The notes beneath the pieces are model-generated. The model was not told where the DNA came from, did not search any database, and saw only the letters and a list, made by a program, of their open reading frames with translations. Below, in pieces: positions 37,676-47,211 of a stretch of DNA of 64,000 nt (position 1 is its first letter; each line of letters starts with the position of its first letter). The DNA is from an uncultured Erysipelotrichaceae bacterium (GTDB taxonomy: Bacteria; Bacillota_I; Bacilli_A; RFN20; CAG-826), in contig CADAXQ010000003.1 in NCBI GenBank assembly GCA_902791935.1, forward strand, positions 14,585-78,584, in the 5' to 3' direction. The position numbers and the translations under genes were made by a program.

Positions 37676-40600
37676 ATGAAAAAACGAGCAAAAATTTTCA
37701 ACCTACTCGTCCTCTCTTCGGGGATGTTGCTTGCCGCTTGCACCGGACACGGAGCAGATTTATCAAGTCAAAATTCTCAGGCACATAGTTCCGAGAAAAT
37801 GAGTTCTTCTTCTGTTGCGATCGAAACTTTTCAAGTTACGTTACCTTCTGGCGAGGGGTATCAAACCGCAGCGGCGCCTGGTTTTAGTACAACTGTTGAG
37901 AAAGGCAGCGATTTTGCCTTCTCAATCTCTTTCCAAGAAGGCTATTCCCAGCATAGAAATTTGGCAGTCACTGCTAACGAAGCGATTTTAACGCAAGGAA
38001 CGGACGGCTATTATCACATCCCTGAGGTATTGAGTGATATTACCGTCGGTGTTTCCGTTTCCAAAAACATCTACACAATCTCTTTGCCAAATGGAGAAGG
38101 CTACAACATTCAAAGCGCCGAAGGATATACAACCTCCGTAGAGCATGGTTCTTCCTATCGGTTCTCGGTGACTTTGCTTAAGGGTTATGACCAGGCAAAC
38201 GGCTTAGAAGTGAAAGCAAACGAAACTGCTTTAGCCGTTGAAGATGGATGGTATAACATTTCCGCTGTAACAGAAGACATCGCCATTACAGTGCTTCTTC
38301 ATAAAAATATCTATGTCGTAACGCTTCCCACCGGCGATGGCTTTGTTGCTGCTCCCGCTAATGGAACAAGCAATTCTGTGGAATATGATTCCGATTTTGT
38401 TTTCTCCGTTTCTCTCCAAGAAGGCTATACCCAGGCCAGGAATTTAAAAGTGACATCGGGAGCGGATGTTTTAACTCCAAACGCGGATGGGCTTTATGTC
38501 ATTTCTCACGTGACGGCAAATGTAGCAGTGAATATCACAGTCGATAAAAATAGCTATTCTATTACCTACCCCACTAATGGGACTGGTTATTCGTTCCAGG
38601 CAGTGGGGGAAGCAACAACTTTACCGACTTCTTTGCTTTATGAAGAAACGCTATCGTTCCGTTTGAATTATGCAACCGGTTATGATCAGGCGAGAAATTT
38701 GGTTGTTACTAATAATGGTGTGGGATTAACGGCTACTGATGGTGTTTATTCTGTCGTTGCGAAAGACAATATCAGCATTGGGGTTCAATTGGACCCGAAC
38801 CTTTACGCCCTTACATATCACTATAAAGACGGGAACGGAAAGGATATTACAGAAACAAAAGATGCCGTGTATGGCGCCAAGGCAGATCTTGCTTTACCAG
38901 ATGGTTACACCATCGGTGCAGTTCGTTATGCAGCAACAGGTTGGTATGACGCAGCTGAAAACGGCAATTTGATTTCTGAGTGGAAAGTCACCGGCGCAAA
39001 AGATTTCTATGCCCAATACGCTGGCGCAACTACTGTTTCCTTCTCATACGACACGGAAAAAATGAGTCTAGTAGGTGCGGATGGATCGACGTTAATTGGC
39101 GACAAGGCCTTTGCAACAGGTGGCACGTTGAAGTTTAAAGTGGTGCTCACCGATGCGTATTCACAAGAAAACGATCTTGTGATTAAGAACGGTGAAACGC
39201 CGCTGACCAAAGGCGCCGACGGTTACTATGAAGTAGCAGTGGGAACAGAGAAAATCACCATTGTGGGTAATGTATCCGTTAACACTTATAGCATCACCTT
39301 TGATGCGCAGGGAACGGGTTTGACGTTCGCGGCCGTCTCTGGCGATCTTCCAACTTCCGCTAATTATGGAGCAACGATAACTTTCAAGGCCACAATTCCA
39401 ACGGATGGTTACTACACCATCACGGCAAACGGCGTTGCGTTGACTGCTACGGACGACGTTTACACCATTAACAACATTACTTCGAATCAAAAAATTAGTG
39501 TGCAAAAGGCAACTATCCAAGACGCCTTTAATTCCTTTGCTAATGGTGACCAAACGTGGACGTATTTTCATTCAGGTGCCCTTCCTAGTGTTGATCCAAC
39601 CACCAAAGCACTTACCTACGCCTCAACCGTTACGATTCAGCCGCAATTCTTTAAAGACGCTGTTGCTCACGGTTTCACTCACGTGAAGATGCATGTCGCA
39701 AAACCGGCCAGCGTAAGCGGGGATCAAACGATTGCGTTGACACATGGTGTTACTTGGAAAAAATATTGGCGGAGTTTTACCAACGAAAGCGACATTCGTA
39801 TCGATTTGAATGAATTCAAACAGGACGATGGCTCTTACGCAACAGCCACGCTTGCGAACCAAACCAACGCGTCAAATAGCTTTGTCATTTCGGGTGTCGA
39901 ATTCTTTGCTTCGCCTAGCACTGTCGGCTGGACGAAATCTAACACCAACGTTTATGCTGCCTATGAAGGGACTGATTTGGTCATTGACACCAATAGCGCA
40001 GGCAATGGCGCCTATGTCATTCCTTCCGGTTTCTTTGATTATTTCCAAGCGAACGCCTTAACTATGGATATTTGCTACAAATATTTGTTGCAAAAGAACA
40101 ACACCCGCGGCTTCTTAAGCGGCTGGAACGGCGCTGTCTTTACTGGAGGGGACAATCTCAGCAGTCTAACACCCGATGCAGATGGCTATTATCCGTATCA
40201 TTTCACCATTGATACGTTTACTGGCAAGACCGACGTTTCTGCCAACCCGATAAGTATTGGGCTGGACACCGAAGGCACCATTGCCATTCGAAAGGGTGAT
40301 GTTGGGGCAAAAGTCAATCAAACTGTTGTGGTGAACAAAGCAGATTCGAGCGATGGTTGGCACAATTTCTCAGTCGAAGATAGCGCACCTGGTATCAACT
40401 ATTGGGTAGACAGCCACGGCCATGACACCATTAACTTTACTGTTACGACTTCAGCTAAATTTGACTTCTGGTATGGCAACGGCAATTGGAGTGGTGGCAT
40501 GCATCAAATTAACAATGCTGATGCAAGCTGGGTAGATAACGGGGACGGCACCTTTACTGCAACGGGAACCCTAAGCGGCATAAAAACAGCCTATGCTCCA

Positions 40601-40687
40601 AACCCAACAGGTCTAAACATCTACCCGAACGCCATCGGCGGAACGGGCACCCAATCCTTCTCGTTCCATTATTGTTTTGAAAACTAA
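37676..40687 (+). CDS. cell-surface lipoprotein with tandem InlB B-repeat-like and Listeria-Bacteroides (Flg_new) repeats
   Basis: Start at MKKRAKIF (37676, AAGGAGG RBS). Lipobox LLAAC. At least five ~80-aa tandem repeats (V-T-LP-G-GY...VE-GS-F-FSV-L-EGY-Q...L-V...DG-Y-I). A GY-x-GW-type repeat (YTIGAVRYAATGWY) is also present. Confidence 0.6.
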   Translation: MKKRAKIFNLLVLSSGMLLAACTGHGADLSSQNSQAHSSEKMSSSSVAIETFQVTLPSGEGYQTAAAPGFSTTVEKGSDFAFSISFQEGYSQHRNLAVTANEAILTQGTDGYYHIPEVLSDITVGVSVSKNIYTISLPNGEGYNIQSAEGYTTSVEHGSSYRFSVTLLKGYDQANGLEVKANETALAVEDGWYNISAVTEDIAITVLLHKNIYVVTLPTGDGFVAAPANGTSNSVEYDSDFVFSVSLQEGYTQARNLKVTSGADVLTPNADGLYVISHVTANVAVNITVDKNSYSITYPTNGTGYSFQAVGEATTLPTSLLYEETLSFRLNYATGYDQARNLVVTNNGVGLTATDGVYSVVAKDNISIGVQLDPNLYALTYHYKDGNGKDITETKDAVYGAKADLALPDGYTIGAVRYAATGWYDAAENGNLISEWKVTGAKDFYAQYAGATTVSFSYDTEKMSLVGADGSTLIGDKAFATGGTLKFKVVLTDAYSQENDLVIKNGETPLTKGADGYYEVAVGTEKITIVGNVSVNTYSITFDAQGTGLTFAAVSGDLPTSANYGATITFKATIPTDGYYTITANGVALTATDDVYTINNITSNQKISVQKATIQDAFNSFANGDQTWTYFHSGALPSVDPTTKALTYASTVTIQPQFFKDAVAHGFTHVKMHVAKPASVSGDQTIALTHGVTWKKYWRSFTNESDIRIDLNEFKQDDGSYATATLANQTNASNSFVISGVEFFASPSTVGWTKSNTNVYAAYEGTDLVIDTNSAGNGAYVIPSGFFDYFQANALTMDICYKYLLQKNNTRGFLSGWNGAVFTGGDNLSSLTPDADGYYPYHFTIDTFTGKTDVSANPISIGLDTEGTIAIRKGDVGAKVNQTVVVNKADSSDGWHNFSVEDSAPGINYWVDSHGHDTINFTVTTSAKFDFWYGNGNWSGGMHQINNADASWVDNGDGTFTATGTLSGIKTAYAPNPTGLNIYPNAIGGTGTQSFSFHYCFEN

Positions 40688-40734
40688 TTTTATCTTTTGA
40701 GAAGAGACCAAAGTTTCACCCTTTTCTCATATGG

Positions 40735-40775
40735 CAAAAAACACCTCGGTTTCATGAACTTGAGGTGTTTTTTCG
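40735..40775. terminator. bidirectional rho-independent terminator between convergent genes
   Basis: AAAAAACACCTC-loop-GAGGTGTTTTTTC, symmetric A/T runs on both sides. Confidence 0.55.
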
Positions 40776-40781
40776 ATATGA

Positions 40782-43718
40782 CTATTTCTTGATTCTGAAG
40801 CAACGAATTTGGAAAGGCTCGAAGTCGATTTTTCCTTGGGGAGCAGGTTTTATCGAATCTTCTAGAAGGTTCGTTTCTTCTAGAATTTTCATGCCAGCAG
40901 GAAGGCGAAGAACGACGCTTCCTTTTTGGCCTGACTTCTCATACATATGAAGAATATATCCGTTTTGATCATAAGCAGGTTTAAAGCAGCTAATTTCGAT
41001 TTGATCGCTGTCCGAAGTAGGAACTTCAAAGCCATCTCCGTATAAGAAGGAGGCATTTAACCCCATGGCAAGATTGGCGTCCTTTACTGGATTGAATCCG
41101 CCGTCATGTGGATATAATGCATACGCATATTTCGTTGGCTTTAAATCTCCATCTACACAGGGGTAATTCGTGGATCGAAGCAAATCTAATGAAATAATGC
41201 CGTCTTTCGCAAAATAGCCGCCTTTAGAGCAGTTCATGACACAAACCCCTTGATTTATCGAGGAAACATCGATGTATTTTTGTGATGGACATTCATATTG
41301 AGCCTGATGATGTTCCGTATCGTTTTCTGTGCTTCGATCGAGATAACCAAATTGGATTTGCGCATGAGAAATGGTGCTATATTCGGTCGGGACAAACTCT
41401 GCGCGAATCATTCGCTTCAATTGTTTCCAATTCATGTCGTGTTGAAATTCGATATACGGAGAATATTTATCGATGATGATGGTTTCTAATAGGCGAGATT
41501 CTTGATAACGATAGACGTTGCGAATCTCGTAAAAATCTTCATATTCCGTTTGGATTTGAGAAGCCAGCTCTAAATATTGTTCTGGTTGGTGGCGAAAATC
41601 CCAGGGAATGTTCCAGGCATCGCCCTGATCGATATAGACGCGAAGACGATTGGCTTCATTTAAGAGGGTTTTCCCGCTGTTTTTTGAAATTATTTTTCCA
41701 AAAGAACCAGTGTTTTGATTGATTTCTATGCGAAGCGCATCTGTTTCGATTACGCTGGATTTTATTGCCCTTAGTTGCTTTTCAAATTTTGGCATCATTG
41801 CCTCTCCGGCTTTGCCATTCAGCAAGAAATAACCCTCATCTCCGCGAACAAATCGGCGAACGCTTTCATTTAAATGATTAACCGCCACACGTCCTGATTG
41901 CGGTTGAAAAGCATAACCATATTTATCGGCTAACTGATCTAGCTTCATTAGCATTGCCGAATAGGCGATATCCGTTTCATCATAGACGCGTTTAATGGAT
42001 GACCCAGGCAAGCAGTCATGAAATTGATAAAGCATGGCTTCTTTCCACAGCGCATCAAAGTTTTCCTTTTCACTTTGATCATCTTTGGCGCAGTAAAGGT
42101 ATTCCAACGCCTTCATTTTCTCTTCGAAATGACGATTGTTTTGCTTGTTTTCCGATTGGCTGGTGTTCGTGCCACGATGTTGCTCGAGGTAAAGTTCGCC
42201 TTGATAGATCGGAAGCTTTTGTCCGTCGATATCGTGAAAGAATTCTTTTGCGGTTCCAAGTTCAATTTTTGGAAAATAGGGGATTTTAGCTTGCCGGATT
42301 AGGGCTTGAATGTGATAGTCACCGGGCCCGCCACCGCCATCGCCAATTCCATAGGCAATTATTCCTTCCGATTTTCCTTCGTTTGGAGAAATGTTACTTT
42401 CGGCAAAAGCAAAATTCGAATAGGTTGCACGAGAGTTGTAATCGTGATCTAACTGAATATGTGTGATAAGAGAGGAGCCATCAATTCCCTTCCATTCGAA
42501 TGTGTGATAGGGAAAATTGGTAAATAAACACCAGGTTAGTTTGTTTGCCAGCATATATTTTTGCCCACTCAACCTTAAAAGTTGGGGCAATGCCGCCGAA
42601 TAGCCAAACGAATCAGGCAACCATTTTATTTCGACGTAATGGCCAAGATGTTCTAGCCAATATTTTTGCCCGTAGAGTTCTTGACGAATTAAAGATTCTT
42701 CGCCTGAGATATTGGTGTCGTTCTCTACCCAAGAACCACCAACGGGCTCAAATGTTCCGTTTTTTAAAAGACGGATTACTTTTTCATAAAGTTTGGGGTC
42801 ATCTTGACGCACGAACTCAAGCTCTTGCGGCTGCGATAAAACGAATTTATACCCTGGATACTTTTCTGCCAAATACGCCTGGTTAGATAAAGTGCGTCTG
42901 GCTTTGCGCTTGGTTTCTCGTTCGGGCCAAAGCCATAACAAATCAAGATGCGCGTAACCAACGCAGCGAAAGAAGTTCTTATCTTTTTTCCCAGGAAGGG
43001 CATAGAGTTGCTGAAAGATCGTCTTGGCTTTTGCGTCTGCATTGGGATCGTTGTAGCGATAAAGCGATTGCACCTCTAATAAGCCATTTTCAATTGGCTT
43101 TAGATGGGGATTTGGGTATTGTAGATTTTTGAAATAGTCGAGAAAAACGTAGAAATCAAAGAAATTGTCTAATGTATCCGGTTTTTCCCTAACAAGACTT
43201 GCATGGCGAAGTACGCCCTTGCCAATAAAATCGCCTTGCGTAGCATTTGATGCGCAATCAATCCACAAATCAATGTTGCCATCGTGGATTAATCCTTTTA
43301 ATGGATAGTGGCGCTTGCTCCAGCAGGGGAAGTTGTATTCTCCAAAACAATCACTGCCAAAGCTAAATCCCTTAACGGCAGATCCGTCCTCGTCTACCAG
43401 CAACGCTTCGCCCCCGTCGTCAAAATCAAGGTCAAGATTTTCTAAGCTGATGTTAGCTGGCAAGGAAGTTTTTAAATGCATCCATGCGCATTCAAAATTT
43501 TTGAAGGACCATTGTTCTCCTTCTCGGATGGGGATGTAATGTAAAGATAGTCTGTCTTGAAATGGAACGGGTTCATCTGTTTTAGCATAAGAAACTTCAA
43601 ATTGTAGTATCGTTTCAAAACAGCGGGAATATAAATCATGGTATAGAAAATTTGTGAGATCCTGTAAGGCGTATTCTTCACGTTTTTTGGAGTGTTCAAA
43701 TTTGGGTTCAGCAAACAT
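40782..43718 (-). CDS. alpha-mannosidase, glycoside hydrolase family 38 (second paralog, cytoplasmic)
   Basis: 978 aa. VGYAHLDLLWLWPERETKRK and KWLPDSFGYSAALPQLL are the same motifs as in 17748..20687. No signal peptide. Confidence 0.85.
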   Translation of the reverse strand: MFAEPKFEHSKKREEYALQDLTNFLYHDLYSRCFETILQFEVSYAKTDEPVPFQDRLSLHYIPIREGEQWSFKNFECAWMHLKTSLPANISLENLDLDFDDGGEALLVDEDGSAVKGFSFGSDCFGEYNFPCWSKRHYPLKGLIHDGNIDLWIDCASNATQGDFIGKGVLRHASLVREKPDTLDNFFDFYVFLDYFKNLQYPNPHLKPIENGLLEVQSLYRYNDPNADAKAKTIFQQLYALPGKKDKNFFRCVGYAHLDLLWLWPERETKRKARRTLSNQAYLAEKYPGYKFVLSQPQELEFVRQDDPKLYEKVIRLLKNGTFEPVGGSWVENDTNISGEESLIRQELYGQKYWLEHLGHYVEIKWLPDSFGYSAALPQLLRLSGQKYMLANKLTWCLFTNFPYHTFEWKGIDGSSLITHIQLDHDYNSRATYSNFAFAESNISPNEGKSEGIIAYGIGDGGGGPGDYHIQALIRQAKIPYFPKIELGTAKEFFHDIDGQKLPIYQGELYLEQHRGTNTSQSENKQNNRHFEEKMKALEYLYCAKDDQSEKENFDALWKEAMLYQFHDCLPGSSIKRVYDETDIAYSAMLMKLDQLADKYGYAFQPQSGRVAVNHLNESVRRFVRGDEGYFLLNGKAGEAMMPKFEKQLRAIKSSVIETDALRIEINQNTGSFGKIISKNSGKTLLNEANRLRVYIDQGDAWNIPWDFRHQPEQYLELASQIQTEYEDFYEIRNVYRYQESRLLETIIIDKYSPYIEFQHDMNWKQLKRMIRAEFVPTEYSTISHAQIQFGYLDRSTENDTEHHQAQYECPSQKYIDVSSINQGVCVMNCSKGGYFAKDGIISLDLLRSTNYPCVDGDLKPTKYAYALYPHDGGFNPVKDANLAMGLNASFLYGDGFEVPTSDSDQIEISCFKPAYDQNGYILHMYEKSGQKGSVVLRLPAGMKILEETNLLEDSIKPAPQGKIDFEPFQIRCFRIKK

Positions 43719-43845
43719 TGTGCTTGTTCTCCATAAGATTCGGTAAATTCATTATATGAAACCGCATGATATTTAACCAGTTCAAAACCAACAAAAGAAC
43801 AAAAACAGGCGGATTGATGGCTTTTTCGCTTTCGTAAAGCAAAAA

Positions 43846-43868
43846 GAAAAATGCCCGAAGGCATTTTT
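43846..43868 (-). terminator. terminator downstream of minus-strand gene 43882..45000
   Basis: Minus strand reads AAAAATGCC-TTCG-GGCATTTTTC. Confidence 0.45.
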
Positions 43869-43881
43869 ATGCAAAGTTTAT

Positions 43882-45000
43882 TTATTCTTCTGCGGGAGCA
43901 GGTTGTAAGTTTCGCATCGACATCCAAGAGATACGGATGATGTATGCCATTGGATACAAGAACATCGAGAAGTTGGACATCGCAGGGATTAAGGCGAATA
44001 AGCCTAAGATCGCAGGGCTAAATGAGGCCCAGTAAGATACTTTTTGATAGTCCCAGATGTTGTTGACCCGGAAGGGGTTCCGCTTGCCACGAGTAACTAG
44101 CCACAAGATGAAACCAAGAACCAATTCAGAACCAATGGCTATCGCAAAGCCAATGCCCGTATAAGTCCAACCCACCGTAATCCGTGTGGAGTTATAACCT
44201 TTATTCAACATTTGCGCCCAAGCGTGTAAGACAGTCTCATTGTCTTTGGCAGCCGTGATTTCTTGCAAGCTCTTGCCTTGGAAATCCGCATGATTCCATG
44301 CGATGGCAATCGCACTGCCTTGGCTGGAACTCGAAGAGGAGGTGCTATTAACCCGTTTCACAAGGTAAGCGCCATCTTTTGCCAACACAATTAAATTGGT
44401 GCTATAGGTTGTGTATTCCGTATGGCCTAATTGATAGTTCGGATCATAGAGCACATTGGCTAAACGAGAAGAGGCAAAGCTAGCGGCGTTTTCTTCATTC
44501 GTGTAATAAACCGCTAAACCGCAATACCAGGTATCTTTTGATACCACGACGGAAGCGGAGGCGGAAGATGTGCTGTCCGTTGAGGGGGTTTCGGTTTTCA
44601 CCGTTACAGGGACTTTATAGTAGTAGCCCCAATAATCGGTGCCCTTACCTTCGGGATTGACACATAAGGCCTTCCAGGCATCGCCATCAATGGTTAATTC
44701 GTTGTTTTCGATTTTGGAGGTAACGCCTGCGAAATCTTTTTGAAAGGCGGCCAAAGAATTGTCATAATCCAAGTTGTAACCCGATTCAAAGAAATTAGCG
44801 GCGTTGACGGTGAATTGTTGCACCATGGTAGGAATAATCGCGATGACGGCCGAGAGAATAGCGATTAGAACAGGCCAATACCATGGCTTGTTTTTCCCCT
44901 CCACACAGGCATCGTTACTCACTAAAGTACGAAGCCAGAATTTAATACCTTCCCAAATGGGATGTTTCTTCGTTGGTTTTACCGGTTTTGCTTTTGCCAT
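43882..45000 (-). CDS. hypothetical membrane protein (N-terminal TM, extracytoplasmic Ser/Thr-rich domain, C-terminal TMs)
   Basis: 372 aa with hydrophobic segments at both ends. No recognised family. Confidence 0.45.
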   Translation of the reverse strand: MAKAKPVKPTKKHPIWEGIKFWLRTLVSNDACVEGKNKPWYWPVLIAILSAVIAIIPTMVQQFTVNAANFFESGYNLDYDNSLAAFQKDFAGVTSKIENNELTIDGDAWKALCVNPEGKGTDYWGYYYKVPVTVKTETPSTDSTSSASASVVVSKDTWYCGLAVYYTNEENAASFASSRLANVLYDPNYQLGHTEYTTYSTNLIVLAKDGAYLVKRVNSTSSSSSSQGSAIAIAWNHADFQGKSLQEITAAKDNETVLHAWAQMLNKGYNSTRITVGWTYTGIGFAIAIGSELVLGFILWLVTRGKRNPFRVNNIWDYQKVSYWASFSPAILGLFALIPAMSNFSMFLYPMAYIIRISWMSMRNLQPAPAEE

Positions 45001-45148
45001 ATCAAAATCCTTTTATAAGCACTGAAACTTTACAACAAACCGTGGCTTTATACAAAGGAAACCCCGTTTTCCATACGTCTTTTGCGTTACAAAACCACTT
45101 TTGGGCTCTATACTTAGACTACCCAAGTTTCCTTGGGTGACTAATTGT

Positions 45149-45548
45149 GGGGTCGTTCTGGCTTTGACGGGGGACCGATCTAGCCTGGACTGCAGTGGCG
45201 TGATGAGCCAAAACATCAAAACACAATAACTGACAACAGTTATCTTTATGCGAACCGCGCTCAACGCGTTTCGTATGCTGCCGCCTAATCGGTAACCTAC
45301 GGGTTCCCTAGCTCAGTCTAGGGGGAGCACATCCTCTGACGGTTTCGTGCCTTACCGTCACTTCGGGTGCGAAATAAGGCAATAAGCGCTAAGCCTTGGC
45401 TAGGGCCATGCGACGAAAATCTTACTAGCCTCGCGATTCGAGTCTGACTCTATCATTTCGAATCGTTAAATCCATGGTAGGGCCTAAACTGTAGAGGTCC
45501 TTGTGGGAGATCCTTCGGACAGGGGTTCAATTCCCCTCGACTCCACCA
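45149..45548 (+). ncRNA. ssrA: transfer-messenger RNA (tmRNA, SsrA)
   Basis: The 5' end GGGGTCGTTCTGGCTTTGACGGGGG and the 3' end GGACAGGGGTTCAATTCCCCTCGACTCCACCA form a tRNA-Ala-like acceptor stem with a G3:U70 pair and a T-arm. An internal reading frame ends ...RVSYAAA-TAA at 45286-45288, consistent with an SsrA tag ending in Ala-Ala. Confidence 0.85.
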
Positions 45549-45616
45549 AAATGCATGCAGACCGAATGCCTGATTTCATCCTGTTGGGGGATGGGGCGTT
45601 CGGTTTTCGTTTTGGC
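45541..45616 (+). repeat. direct repeat copy 1 (tmRNA 3' end plus terminator)
   Basis: CTCCACCAAAATGCATGCAGACCGAATGCCTGATTTCATCCTGTT is identical at 46739-46783. Similarity extends ~75 nt. Confidence 0.75.
45561..45614 (+). terminator. ssrA rho-independent terminator
   Basis: ACCGAATGCC ... GGCGTTCGGT stem followed by TTTTCGTTTT. Confidence 0.55.
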
Positions 45617-45629
45617 GTACAGAGGACGT

Positions 45630-46685
45630 TTACTCTTGCTCTATTTCCCTCTTTTGAGAGGCATAAACGGAGAACCGTGGGAGAATAATGCTTAAAATCC
45701 CCCTCTCTTTTCCTGCTGCGACGCCCTTTTTAATTAAACGCTCCCTATATACAGAAAACGTTTTGTTGTTGAGGGTCGTTTCCGTGAGGATCTCTGAAAC
45801 CTTGCTTTCGTCTGCGCCATGAAAAGAAAGCACAATCCTCTTTTCGTTTTCTCCTAGCCCTTCCCATATTTTGTTATAGGCGTTGATTCTTAATGCCTCA
45901 TCGTATTTTTCAATCAATTCATCGTCAATTACTCTGCGCTCGTAGAAAAGATAGCCCAGCGCTTGGTAGCCAAACCCATAGCCTTTCACCAACCGCGTTA
46001 GACGCTTTGCTGTATCTTCATTGATCTCTAAAATTTCCATGTAAGTGCGCATGATGGTGATGTCGTCTAATGGTGCAAGCAGTATTTTTGGGGCTCGATA
46101 AAGAAATGTGAGGGACTTATTGTCCTGAAGTCCAGCAACATTTTCGTATAGCCCTGTCATAACCAAATAAATCGGATAGTCTTTCCGTATGTAGCTTTGA
46201 AAATCGTGAACAAATTCCTTCACCTTTTCTGTCGTAGTTACTTCATCTAACGAGACAAAAAGTTTTTTGTTGTGATCTTTTAAATAGGCCAGCATCCTAT
46301 CAACAACAGAGGCGATACTGGTGACGGGGCGGCTGCCTTCCAAAGAGAAAGACACTCCATGAAACGAAATGTCAAACGAGCCTTTCAGAAAAAGATGCCT
46401 CATCGCCCCTTTGTCATAAAGAGAAGAAGCTAAATCTTCCAAGATGTTGCGATGTGGGTTCACATCCACGGAAATCCAGTCGTTTTGTTGGTCGAAGTAT
46501 TGGTAAAGCTCGCTCAATAAAACTGTCTTTCCAGACCCTCTTGCACCTGTAATGATATAAACTTGAGTCGTGGGGTTGGGACGAGAAAAGTCCATAACAA
46601 TCTCAGATAAAATATCGTCTCTAGGAATCGAGCTTGCTGGCTCTTTTCCGAACATCAACGTAAATGGATTGTTTTCTTTCATCAA
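45630..46685 (-). CDS. AAA+ ATPase (archaeal-ATPase / DUF234-like)
   Basis: Walker A GARGSGKT, Walker B-like LFVSLDEV. About 350 aa with a C-terminal alpha-helical/wHTH-like region. Confidence 0.6.
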   Translation of the reverse strand: MMKENNPFTLMFGKEPASSIPRDDILSEIVMDFSRPNPTTQVYIITGARGSGKTVLLSELYQYFDQQNDWISVDVNPHRNILEDLASSLYDKGAMRHLFLKGSFDISFHGVSFSLEGSRPVTSIASVVDRMLAYLKDHNKKLFVSLDEVTTTEKVKEFVHDFQSYIRKDYPIYLVMTGLYENVAGLQDNKSLTFLYRAPKILLAPLDDITIMRTYMEILEINEDTAKRLTRLVKGYGFGYQALGYLFYERRVIDDELIEKYDEALRINAYNKIWEGLGENEKRIVLSFHGADESKVSEILTETTLNNKTFSVYRERLIKKGVAAGKERGILSIILPRFSVYASQKREIEQE

Positions 46686-46714
46686 TCATTTCCTGTTAGT
46701 ATCAGTTAGTAAAT

Positions 46715-46813
46715 GGGTTCGACTGTGAAGGTACCTTACTCCACCAAAATGCATGCAGACCGAATGCCTGATTTCATCCTGTTCGGAGATGAGGCGTTCG
46801 GTTTTCATTTTGC
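46715..46813 (+). repeat. direct repeat copy 2, with a degenerate partial tmRNA 3' segment (GGGTTCGACT...CTTACTCCACCA)
   Basis: Second copy of the 45-nt core plus a terminator-like hairpin. Preceded by a T-arm-like GGGTTCGA fragment. Confidence 0.7.
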
Positions 46814-47211
46814 TAGATTCGATAGCAACGTCCTCAAGAACTTATTGCTTCAAAGCTGAAAGACGCAATCAACCCTTGTGAAATAAAGAAATTGCTATTA
46901 TGGGAGGAATTAGAAATGATTGAAACTGAAAAGATTTCCCATCAAGGCAGGCCGTCGCGTCTAGCGAAATACGGAAGCGGCTTGATTTGCATCCAGGGAA
47001 TAAATTAGCCTTTATTAGCGATGGCAAGTATTTCTTTGTCAATGTCTCTTGCGCTCTTATCTTTCCTAGCGACATATTTGCTTAAATGTGGTCTAGTGGT
47101 GCCAAAGATTTTTTGCTAAGCAAGCAATCGGCAAAGCAAAGAAGCATAATTTAATGAATGTTCTTTTGCTTTAAGGTATAACGTTGATGTACTACAACAA
47201 GGAGAAGCCAG

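Larger units (their letters stand above)
45549..46738. mobile_element. about 1.2-kb insertion (degenerate integrated element) at the ssrA 3' end, bounded by direct repeats
   Basis: Flanked by 45-75 nt direct repeats that include the last 8 nt of ssrA. Contains a single AAA+ ATPase gene. No integrase present. Confidence 0.4.

Noticed and set aside
37800-39400. Possible DNA-level tandem repeats or a CRISPR-like array
   Set aside because: Periodicity exists only at protein level (diverged ~80-aa modules inside one ORF). No short identical DNA repeats with unique spacers.
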